A stretch of 58,706 nucleotides of DNA, counting the filler, from Nemertoderma westbladi (Eukaryota > Animalia > Xenacoelomorpha), in the NCBI GenBank assembly GCA_032718475.1. It is 3 parts of 3 records of this genome, joined end to end, with 100 filler letters (N's around TTAATTAATTAA, not from the genome) between each part and the next. Parts side by side here need not be neighbours in the genome. Positions count along the whole stretch, not along the records: positions 1 to 29,160 come from JAUCBJ010005338.1; positions 29,261 to 50,554 come from JAUCBJ010006563.1; 1 more part is not named here. The stretch is one strand, 5' to 3'. Every line of letters starts with the position of its first letter. Within the stretch, counting starts at the first letter, position 1. Below are positions 27,005 through 37,700 of this stretch, piece by piece. The notes under the pieces are model-generated. The model was not told where the DNA came from, searched no databases, and worked only from the letters and a program-made list of their open reading frames with translations. Both the position numbers and the translations under genes were made by a program.

Positions 27005-27973
27005 ATGCCTAGTTATGAAAGATGTTTGGTTTGTAATAAAGAAATGAGACAAGACAATCTATCTCGTCATATGGAAAGACATAGAAAGGATAAACTAATG
27101 GATCCATTACCAAAGAAATTTAAAAAATCCGAAGATATTTTTAGTGAAGAAGAAAAGAAAAAGAGAGTTGAGCGTGATATATTAAAGATAAAACAGACAA
27201 TGGAAAATAAATTTCATAAAGTTATGAATATTTTGAAAGGGATACAAAAACAGTTACCCCTAGAAAATGATGAGAATTTGAGTGAGAAAGATGAAGAAGA
27301 AGAGGACGATGAGATGGAGAATGAAAATAGTGAGGATCAAGATGAAGTTGAAGAGAGTGAGGTTGAGAACGAAGTGAGTGAAGGTCATGAAGATGACGAA
27401 GAAAGTGAAGGTCAGGAAGAGGGTGAAGAAAGCGAAGGTCAGGAAGAGAATGAAGAAAATGAAGAACAGGAAGAGGATGAAGAAAGTGAAGAACAGGAAG
27501 AGGATGACGAAAGTGAAGGTCAGAAAGAGGATGAAGAAAGTGAAGGTCAGGAAGAGGACGAAGAAAGTGAAGGTCAGGAAAGTGAAGAAGATGATGAAAA
27601 TGATAATAATAAGGAAATATTGAGACAATTACTTGGAAATAAGAATAAATTGCGGAAAATTATTAAACATTTAGAAGAGAATGATGAAAATAAAGAAGAG
27701 ATATTGAGACAAATATTAGGAAACAAAAATCAAATGCGGAAATTTATTAAACAAATGGAAGAAAACGAGGAAAATAGAGAAGAGATATTAAGACAGGTTT
27801 TGGGAAATAAAAGTAAATTATTGAAAATTAATGAACAATTGAATAAAATTAAGAAACCGTTGGTTAATGAGGAAGATGAAAGTAAAGAAAATCAACCAGC
27901 TTTTACTTATTTTCGAAGACCTATGACAGCAAACTCTCGTACAGTATTTGCCCGCGCAGGCGGACGCTATTGA
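27005..27973 (+). CDS. Intronless 322-aa protein with N-terminal C2H2-like zinc finger, acidic 9-aa repeats and three 28-aa helical repeats
   Basis: CLVC..x11..HMERH; ~7 EEDEESEGQ-type units; EILRQ(L/I/V)LGNK x3; open ATG-to-stop frame. Confidence 0.7.
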   Translation: MPSYERCLVCNKEMRQDNLSRHMERHRKDKLMDPLPKKFKKSEDIFSEEEKKKRVERDILKIKQTMENKFHKVMNILKGIQKQLPLENDENLSEKDEEEEDDEMENENSEDQDEVEESEVENEVSEGHEDDEESEGQEEGEESEGQEENEENEEQEEDEESEEQEEDDESEGQKEDEESEGQEEDEESEGQESEEDDENDNNKEILRQLLGNKNKLRKIIKHLEENDENKEEILRQILGNKNQMRKFIKQMEENEENREEILRQVLGNKSKLLKINEQLNKIKKPLVNEEDESKENQPAFTYFRRPMTANSRTVFARAGGRY

Positions 27974-28348
27974 CATTTGTTTGTTTGAGTTCCTTTCATA
28001 ATAGTATTAGGACTATTTATCCATAACAATTATATTGGTATTAGGAGTATTTATCCTTAATTATTATTAGTATTATAAATGTATTTGCCAACAATATTTA
28101 TTGCTATTAGGTCTATTTATTCAAGAAATTATATGTTTTTTATAATATATTTTGGAAAATTAGCCGACTAAGTCATAATTTTTAAAACTTTAAATAAGGG
28201 TGGAGTTATTTTATAAAGTTAAGAAGAGTGAATCAATGGAGGCAACATGAAGTCTAATCTCTTGCCCTTTACTCATAAGACCGCACATTAACTCCCAAGG
28301 TTGCATACTATCACTATAGCTGGGAGAGTCAAAGCTAGTGTACAGGAA

Positions 28349-29160
28349 TGAGGAAGTGAGGGAGTGAGGGAAGTGAGGGAAGTGAGGGAAGTGAGGGAAG
28401 TGAGGGAAGTGAGGGAAGTGAGGGAAGTGAGGCAGTGAGGCAGTGAGGGAAGTGAGGGAAGTGAGGGAAGTGAGGGAAGTGAGGGAGTGAGGGAAGTGAG
28501 GGAAGTGAGGGAAGTGAGGGAAGTGAGGGAAGTGAGGGAAGTGAGGGAAGTGAGGCAGTGAGGAGTGAGGGAAGTGAGGGAAGTGAGGGAAGTGAGGGAA
28601 GTGAGGCAGTGAGGGAAGTGAGGGAAGTGAGGGAAGTGAGGGAAGTGAGGGAAGTGAGGGAAGTGAGGGCAGTGAGGGAAGTGAGGGAAGTGAGGGAAGT
28701 GAGGGAAGTGAGGGAAGTGAGGGAGTGAGGCAGTGAGGGAAGTGAGGGAAGTGAGGGAAGTGAGGGAAGTGAGGGAAGTGAGGGAAGTGAGGGAAGTGAG
28801 GGAGTGAGTGAGGGAAGTGAGAGAAGTGAGAGAAGTGAGGGAAGTGAGGGAAGTGAGGGAAGTGAGGCAGTGAGGCAGTGAGGGAAGTGAGGGAAGTGAG
28901 GGAAGTGAGGGAAGTGAGGGAAGTGAGGGAAGTGAGGGAGTGAGGGAAGTGAGGGAAGTGAGGGAAGTGAGGGAAGTGAGGGAAGTGAGGGAAGTGAGGG
29001 AGTGAGGGAAGTGAGGGAAGTGAGGGAAGTGAGGGAAGTGAGGGAAGTGAGGGAAGTGAGGGAAGTGAGGGAGTGAGGGAAGTGAGGGAAGTGAGGGAAG
29101 TGAGGGAAGTGAGGGAAGTGAGGGAAGTGAGGGAAGTGAGGGAAGTGAGAGGAAGTGAGG
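28349..29160. repeat. (GAGGGAAGT)n 9-bp tandem array running into the contig end
   Basis: About 90 units with 8-bp variants GAGGGAGT and GAGGCAGT. Confidence 0.97.
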
Positions 29161-29260
29161 NNNNNNNNNNNNNNNNNNNNNNNNNNNNNNNNNNNNNNNN
29201 NNNNTTAATTAATTAANNNNNNNNNNNNNNNNNNNNNNNNNNNNNNNNNNNNNNNNNNNN
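29161..29260. other. Assembly spacer (44 N + TTAATTAATTAA + 44 N)
   Basis: Six-frame-stop linker within Ns; identical to 50555-50654. Confidence 0.97.
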
Positions 29261-29830
29261 TATGTTGTACATGCCTGCTAGTTGTGCAGGAGGCATCGAC
29301 TTCATAGTCTTTAGAGAGATACAATCTGGTCCAGGGCTCGATTCATCCATTGAACGAATTGTCCGCTTTATATCTTCTAGAGTAACTGGCTCGATTATCT
29401 CCCATGCAGTGTCTGCGACTTGCGAATCGGGATGGCTGACAGCCTCGAACTTCGCAAGCCAGAAACTCTGAACTTCGCTTAGCAGCATTGGGTCCTGCTC
29501 AGCTTTCCATCATCCATCTAATATCTTACTAACACATCTCTTTCGATTTATCTTTAAAAGTGACTGGATTTTCTTGTAGTATAATCTCCTTTTAGCTTTG
29601 CTAGGAGCCGTGTCTGGTGGAGGTTTCTATGTATGGGGCTTCTTTACCTTTTTCTCAACTCTGTACTTCTTTCTTTATCCATGCTTCATATGAGACTCCA
29701 ATGACTGCTTTCATTTCATCTGTCAAGTTATCGTAACCATTAAACACCATGTCAACAATAGGCTCGTCCTTCAAAGGACTGTCCTTCAATGCTCTCTGAT
29801 ACCAAGATGCCCATTCTTGTTCTGGTGTGA
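29261..29830 (-). mobile_element. R2-like (RLE-type) non-LTR retrotransposon fragment, region just N-terminal to the RT core
   Basis: YKKIQSLLKINRKRCVSKILDG...FW...PVTLEDIK...SSPGPD resembles R2 RT regions -1 and 0; frameshifted; cut by the gap. Confidence 0.75.
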
Positions 29831-30074
29831 TGGCGACCGAGGTCATATCACCACTGCATCATCAAACTCTACATTGGATTTTCATTTTCTTTATATTGGG
29901 TTCACTTTCACTAGATTCACTGCCCCCAAGTATATAGACATGAGGCACATCCCAATATACATGAGATTGTATCAGGATTGGCAATCTCCATTTCATTGCA
30001 GTTTTTCAACTGAATTAAGCGAACTAGAGGTAGAGGTTGATGTTTACCATGAAGCCAATGATAATGAGATTAGA

Positions 30075-30213
30075 ATCGAATCTCGAATGAGATTAGAAAA
30101 TCTGGCAACATCAAATTCCCTAAAAACAAGCTTAGCATAAGATATCGAATCTCGAATGAGATTAGAAAATCTGGCAACATCAAATTCCCTAAAAACAAGC
30201 TTAGCATAAGATA
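30075..30213. repeat. Exact 69-bp tandem duplication
   Basis: ATCGAATCTCGAATGAGATTAG...AGCTTAGCATAAGAT twice. Confidence 0.9.
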
Positions 30214-30544
30214 TATGTTTTCTGTAATTAGCGTTGGAAACATGTTTAAAACTTGTACGGGGCCATGAAAGTTGAATTATTTTCTCACCCCAGTTTAAAT
30301 TTGAGCTATCAATGAAATGTTTTAAAAAAAAAACGAAAAAAAATACCGTCATTCATCAAATCTGGGACACCATTTGTGGGACAGTGTTCTTTTAAATTGT
30401 ATAAAAACATTTTCAAAATATATATCAAGTTATGTAGTAGAAATATCAATTAATGGATTAGATTATAATGGATTAGGATTTTATAACGAACGGACTGACT
30501 GTCTGACTGGCTCACAAGCTAAAGATTCATCCTGTGTGTGTTAA

Positions 30545-30997
30545 GGGTGAGCCCCCAACAAACGTAGACACGTCAAGCGGACGCATCACAAATAGCATTA
30601 TAAATTAGGTTGCATGCATTCCAATGAGAGTATACCCAACCAATGCATCACGCCAATGTGTCAAAATAATTTTAGATCTCAGACCTATTTTGCAGACGCC
30701 TCAAAATTATAGAAAGCATTGAAGTCTATGAGGAGGTGAGGCTCAACCCACGTGAACATGAACGTGTCAAAGCCAATATCGAATAGTAATATGTAGTACA
30801 GTATTAATATAATTGTACAATTAATTTTTACTGAGCAAATGAAAAATTGATGTATATGTTACAGTGTATATGAACTACAGTGCACTTCTTGTAGTATCTC
30901 GTTTAGTATTTTTATATCAGTGGGTCATATTGGGCACAGGTAACTCGAAAATATTATTTTAATTAGTAAGTCATCAAGTATTGGTTGGGGCTGTCCC
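30545..30997. mobile_element. Possible Harbinger-like MITE
   Basis: Imperfect TIRs GGGTGAGCCCCCAACAAA / GTTGGGGCTGTCCC in T/A-rich flanks. Confidence 0.35.
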
Positions 30998-31353
30998 TTT
31001 ATATACTGATACACAAAGTACTGAAGTAGGCCAATGTTACCAGAGACCAGTCTGATACTGTCAGACAGCAGTTAAGTCTTTCCTTCTGTGTTTGTAGCAC
31101 CATCACCGCAAGAAAAATAGAACGCTGTAGAATGAAAAAGAATGTAAAAAGCCAATAAAATGAGAATGAGATTAATAAACCAGTCATAGGTTGATGAGCT
31201 GGTGGGTCATTGCGTGTTTTCTGGAAGTCTATGAAACCACACATTCCCCAAATACCAATACTTCCTCACCCAACGGGCCAGTACATTAACGATGGTGGCC
31301 CAATTCCACAGGCACTGGTCCAGTACGGACTTTTATATACTTATATAGTTTAA

Positions 31354-33114
31354 ACCTATTAGTACCAGGCTATAAAATGTTGTACAAATACAGGGGGGGT
31401 CAAATTGACCCACCCCCCCCCCCCCCCCCCCCCCCCCCTCTACATTCTACAGATTTTAACGAAAACGTCTGATTTTTTGTTTGTACGTAGATTTCACTAG
31501 TCTGAATCCGAGCAATAAAAAAAATTTCAAAAAAAGTACTCGGGTGGTTATTTTGCAGCACCAAAATTACAAGTAGTGAACAATTTTCATAAAATTTGAA
31601 AGTTACAATTTTCGGCTAATTGTTTTTCAATACAGGTTTTCTGGGGCGCAAAATCCATTGGAAAATATTTAAAAATGATCTGATTAGTATAAATGGCTGT
31701 TTTAGTCCTCTACGTAGGCAAAAAATGAAAAAAACAAGTAACCAGCACTTTTCAGTTTGAACACAAAATTTTTAATTCACTTATACGATGCTATAAATTC
31801 ACATTTTCAGGTTTTCTGGGGCGCTGATTCTAATGGAATACATTTCTAATTTGCCAGATCATTGCTAATCGTATTTTTCGGCGTAATATGGCAAATTTTC
31901 GTGCTAGCATCAAATTTCGTACCCATCACCAAAAAAGTACAAGTTTGAGATGTCCAGTGCGGTTTTTATTGATTCCATCGGATTCAGTGACCCTCAAAAA
32001 CCCGTATAACGCAAGAAACAAGATGATACTTCTATTGATCAATTTGCTTATTTTCAAAAATTTGGTGCTGGCATCAACAATTTTCACCCACCGGCGAAAA
32101 ATACAAGAATGAAAAGTCTTATGCAATTTTTACTTATTCCATTGAATTCAGAACCCCCACAAACACGTGTAATGCAAGAAACAAGGTGACACAATCAATT
32201 GATATATTGGATGGTTTTCAAAATTTGGTGCTAGCACCAAATTTTGCACCCACTTAGCATACAAGTTTGAGATGTCTAGTTAGATAATTATTTATTCCAT
32301 TGAATTCAGAACCGCCATAAACCTCTAAAACGCTTGAAATAAGTTGTCACAAGTATTTGAACTATTGAATGGATTTTCACAATTTCGTGCTGGCACCAAA
32401 TTTTGCACACAGCACCGAAAAATACAAGGTTGATACGCCTGGTGCAACTCGTATATATTCCATCGAAACCAGAACCCCAAAAACCCCTATTGCGCAAAAA
32501 AACAGGTTCAAACAATCAATTTACAAAATTGACATATTTCAAAATTTGGTGCTGGCAGCAAAATTGGCACCCGTCGAAAAAAACAAGTTTGAAATTTCTA
32601 AATTTATTTATATGAATTCCATCTAATTGTAAACACCAAAAAAACGGTGTAAATCAAAAATTGAGATGTTACAAATCATATTTAATGAAATGTATTTTTC
32701 AAAAAACGCCTCAAAAAAGTGCCAAAAGTAGGGTTAAAAAATGGTGCTATAACTCGAAAACTTCCCAATAATTTTTAAAACCGTTTTCACTATTCGGAAG
32801 ACAATATAATTTTAGGAAAAGTCATAACATTTAACATTTCAGATTCCCCATTGCGTTTGTTTCAGAGTTATAACAAAAAACTACGAAAATGTATTTTTCA
32901 AAAATTGCCTCAAAAAAAGTGCCAAAAGTAGGGTTAAAAAATGGTGCTATAACTCGAAAACTTCCCAATATTTTTGAAAACCGTTTTAACTATTCGGAAC
33001 ACAATAGAATTTTAGGAAAAGTCATAACATTTCAAATTCCCCATTGCGTTTGTTTCAGAGTTATAACAAAAAAACTACCCCCCCCCCCCCCCCCCCCCCC
33101 GGGGTTTAATAGGG
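31354..33114. mobile_element. Non-autonomous piggyBac-like element with internal repeats
   Basis: TTAA on both sides (31350-31353 and 33115-33118); termini (A/C)CCTATTA...TAATAGGG; internal repeats with the palindrome AAATTTGGTGCTAGCACCAAATTT and a ~200-bp duplication at 32690-33080. Confidence 0.7.
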
Positions 33115-34071
33115 TTAACAATGGCGATGCTGCATTATAATACATCAAACTAATTTTCTAAACTAACAAACTAATAATAATTGCTAATCTGCATATAATT
33201 GAGTTAATATTTTGCTCCTCAGTTTGTTAAAATTGTATTTGTAAAAAACCCGCAGGATATAATTGTACAGTCAAGTCATTAGAGCCTGTGGAACCAAATG
33301 ACTCAGTACAATTAGGTCCCGCCGGACCAAAGACTCGTATGACCTAATGACTACAACTCATTAGTAGACTCATCAATCATTACCTAAACACCAATAATAA
33401 ATTACATTAGTATTTGGGACAGTTAATATGATGGAATGTGGGAAATTAGGATTAATAAAAGGCCTATACTGAGATTTAGTATTTACAAAATTCAGTAAAA
33501 CGATGAAATGTGGGATGTTGAAATGATTGAAAATTGAAAAAAATAACAACTGAACACAAAACAAGCAATGTATGTTATACAATATTTATGTATGTTAAGT
33601 CCGAACTGGTGAAAGGTCTGCGTTCTATAATGATAGCACTGCATGATTTCATTCATTGGCTGAGTTAATTCTGGTTGCCACTTACAAACTTGATGCAGTA
33701 CATTATTTTATTTGAAAAAGGCTCTTTTTCTTACTTTTTTAACTAATTTTTTACTTTTTTTAACAATTTTTACTTTGTTTAACTAATTTTTACTTTTTTT
33801 AATTTTTTACTTTTTTTACTAATTTTTACTAACTTTTTTATTTAATGAACTATTGACTACACAATATAATCAAATTGATACATACTTTCATATAATTGAG
33901 TAAGTTCCTGGTGCATAATGATTATATAATATAGACCGAGGCTTGTCGGGTAGCTTTCTGTACAGCTAGCTTATGTATTTAATTAAGATTTGAGATTCCG
34001 TATAAAATATAGTAACATTATACGTCGTAAACATTGATACCGCTGGTGATATTTTTTTTCAAATAAAACAA

Positions 34072-34318
34072 TATATTCGACATAAAAACGTAATGGAAAA
34101 CACTATTTTCAACTCATTTTCTTTAGCGAAATTCAGATAGTCTGCCCTCATATGTTGAGTTTTCCACTCGTTGGCATTTTAACACTCGCTTCGCTTGTGC
34201 TAAAAACCTGCCAACTCTTGTAAAACTCAACCACTCCTACAGAATAGTTGAATTTCGCTAAATTAAAATGAGTGAAAAAAGCGGTGTTTTCCACTTACTT
34301 TCTTTTTATCGAATAATA
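34072..34318. mobile_element. Fold-back MITE-like element
   Basis: Long imperfect inverted arms (GGAAAACAC...TTTAGCGAAATTCA / TGAATTTCGCTAAA...GTGTTTTCC) around an ACTCGCTTCGCT centre. Confidence 0.65.
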
Positions 34319-34739
34319 GTCCTTTATTGTTCAAAGCTTCAAAATATTAGAACACCATTATCAAAACAAAAGCTATTAAGAACAAAACTGAATATATATG
34401 TATGTATGATATATGTACAGTACATACATAGATTAAGATGATTGACATTTATACAATTATCAGCCAGCACAGGCTGACTGGTTCAGACAGTACATTGTTA
34501 TCACATAAGCCAAAATCTGGAGGAAGACTCTGATCTGTAGACATGTCCATGTCTCTGAATAACTACTAATTTCTGAATATCTGACAGTACAATAATTGTC
34601 ATCATGTAAGTCGAATTCTGGGGAAGACACTGTGGGCACCGGCACATCTATGTTTAATCACAAATGTTACATTTAACACAAATCATTCTTGGGTGTGCAT
34701 GCCAATATTGTTTACAATCACAACAATGGTTGATAGGGT

Positions 34740-37700
34740 TTTCCTTGACTTCCTTCTTCAATATGACTAGAGCTAGCAGTAGGTTGTTTATGTTTCCACT
34801 AGCAATGAGTATGGTTTCTTTGACAATTATTTAATGTTATTGTTGCCATCTTTCTTAGTTTTCTTAAGCAGCTTATTTAAGGTGAGCAGTTTTGATCGCA
34901 TTTCTTTCAGCTCGGAGGTTTTCAGAGACCTCATTGCTTTTAAGAGTCCAATGCCTTGATTTTGACATGAAATGGCCGCTTCCAATGTGCTCGTATGTAT
35001 TCGTGGGGAGGTGCAAAAATATCTGCATAATCAGGACTAATAATACTGTACTTTACAATTGGATGCTCACGAAATAAATAGGTTATAATTGTAGTTGGTG
35101 CAGGCAGATGTTGGGATGGGTGTTGGAATGTTGTTGATATATATAATTTTGTATGGCTGTTGTAAAGGTTGGTGATGCAGAAATTGGGATGGATTTTGTA
35201 ATAGTTGCTGATGCAGATTTTGTGATGGCTGTTGGAGTCATTATTGATGTTGATGTCATTATGGTTGGTGATGACTATGCTGGGAAGGCTGTTGGAGTCA
35301 ATGTTGATGTTATTATGATTGTTTGAATGGTTAGTAATGAAGATGCTGGGATGGCTGTAGGAGACATTGTTGTAATTGGACTCGTAGACTGACTGTTCTG
35401 GTAATTGAATAACATATGTACCATTAACCTTACTATCACCATCCCCTCTTCAAGTCCATCCATACATCCATGGGTAGGGTATTGATAAAGAATTCCAATG
35501 CCACTGGCCTGTTCATGACCCAGTTCTACATCATTGTGCTTTCCAGTAGAAGCAGTTTCAGATTCTATATTACTGTTTCAGCTTCTATATTACCTTCTTT
35601 CTATCTGTATATTTTGAGACATAATTGACCTAGGTATTAACAAATCTACATCGACAGCCTGGAGGATGCCCATACTTCACCAGCTGACTTTTGTCAATGG
35701 CATTATAAATACCATACCAGATTTCCAGAACCCATTCTTTATAGAACTCAATGAGTACTATCCTCAAAGGGACGCTTAAACATTCATTCTATGTCTTTCT
35801 TTGATATTGATTCACCTTGTAGTACTTGACCCATTATAACCAGTTTCGAAAGGCTGCTCTTCAAAGATTTAAACACAGCCACATCCAGGGGCTAAAGAAT
35901 ATGAGTGGCATTTGGTAATAGAGCAGTGTTTGACTTTCACACTTTCATGTGCTGGGTTGATTCAGTCGATGTCTACATGACTCCTATAGTTATCAAATGT
36001 TATATATATGTTTCTTTCCATTGCTAGGAACACTGGGTAGAAAAAGTCTCTCAAACCATTTAAGGTGAAGATGGAAATCCATGAGCCCACCATGTTGCTC
36101 TGAAAAAAAGTTGCTAGTTGCCGAGAAAGTTTCTCTAAAAGTTGCCACGTGTAAACAGGCCTTTAAGGGGAGCAATGCCGGTACAAAAAAAAAATTTTTC
36201 GAAAAGTTTTTTTTCCACCTTCTAGCTTGAAATTTTATGCTTTACGAAAATCACAAGCATTTGGACGCAGCTCCACCCAATCCGGAGTTACACCCAGTTT
36301 TGTGAAAGGTGTTCGCTAAAAGCAACCATTTTTTATTTATTTTCGTTTTGAATTTATTCTGTTCTAAATAACGACTGGTAAAAAGAATGTCATGGCTTAT
36401 CATTCAATGTTATATGTAGAGGGAAATTCAAACTCAACAATTAGAGTGTTTTCATTTATAATGGTTGTATGCATACCGGTACTATATTTCACATTGCTGG
36501 ATTACTACCATATCAGACTATTGCTGTTTGTAGTAGTGGTATATTAGTACAATGCCTCGCTATAAGAGCTTTGGATGCAGGAAATTCTATGGTGGGAGAA
36601 ATGGCAGTGTAGAAGACCATAATATAAAACTGACTTCATCTCGCCGCAGTACCTCAAGTGTGAAGCTCCATGGTACTGGTACCGGTAGGCCTACCGGTAA
36701 TGCTACCGATAATAAATCCTTTTCAGCGATGCATCAGATTGTTGATCTTGAATTGCTACAAGCTTCTCTGAGGAAATGTCTCTGCTGTAATGCGTGCCAT
36801 TCTTCAAATATAGTATAGGAATAACTGTTGATGGAAATATTAGAGACGGTTTGGCTGTCGTGCTTGTTATTGCTTGTGGTGACTGTAAAACGACCCATAA
36901 GTTCTGGACGTTGAAGACATGCAGTTCCGACTTGAGTAATAGTAATAAAACTGCTCAGGATGACATTGGGAAGGGCCATTACGAGGTGAATGTCAGGTAT
37001 ACGTATGGCCTGAGATGCATCGGTGCTGGACAACAACAAGGGAAGGTTCTGGCAGCTGTGATGAATCTTCCGCAGCCATGATCCAGATGGTTTCAGGTTT
37101 ATAATTTCATACGGACTCTAATAAAACATTTCGCTGATGAATGTATGAGTCAGGCAGCGAGTGAAGCAGTGTCTGTAAATGTGGATGACCCAAAGGATCA
37201 CCTAGCTTGTAGCTTCGATGGTACCTGGCAAAAGCGGGGGCACAAATCTTTGAATAGGGCAGTTAGCTCCATTAGTGTGGATACTGGGAAGGTTGTTGAT
37301 GTTATGATTTTTAGCAAATTCTGTCACTCATGCTTGAAATTGATGCACAAGTCAGCTGAAGCTAAGGCTAAGCACGAGGAACACTGTATGAAGAACTACA
37401 ATGGCTCAAGTGGCGGTATGGAAGTGGGAGGTATATGCATAATGTAAAACAAGGTTTATAATATTTTTTATAAATCAAAAATACTGGTACTTGTCATGTA
37501 TCTGTGCGCATTGATTTATATAGGCCTACCTGGATTAGCAGAATTTCCAAGCAGTTACACTGTAGTTACTGAAGAAATAACAGTACCGGTACCACAGTAC
37601 CTGTACTATTTTTTAGGATCTACTTCCTATTCCAGAAATAATGATTACCTGTATCATTGTTATTATTAATTTTAGGTGCCATGGCAATTTGTCAGCGGTC

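Larger units (their letters stand above)
26297..29160 (+). mobile_element. Probable Maverick/Polinton-like element, left end only
   Basis: Abrupt junction starting AGTAGT (typical Polinton terminus), subterminal palindromes and an intronless accessory-type ORF; no pPolB, integrase or capsid gene before the contig ends. Confidence 0.5.

Noticed and set aside
27260-27628. Phe-rich minus-strand and Lys-rich alternative-frame ORFs
   Set aside because: Shadows of the acidic repeat in ORF 27005-27973
29205-29216. TTAATTAATTAA as a biological palindrome (also 50599-50610)
   Set aside because: Centred in exactly 44+44 Ns twice, so it is an assembly linker; adjacency across it is not guaranteed
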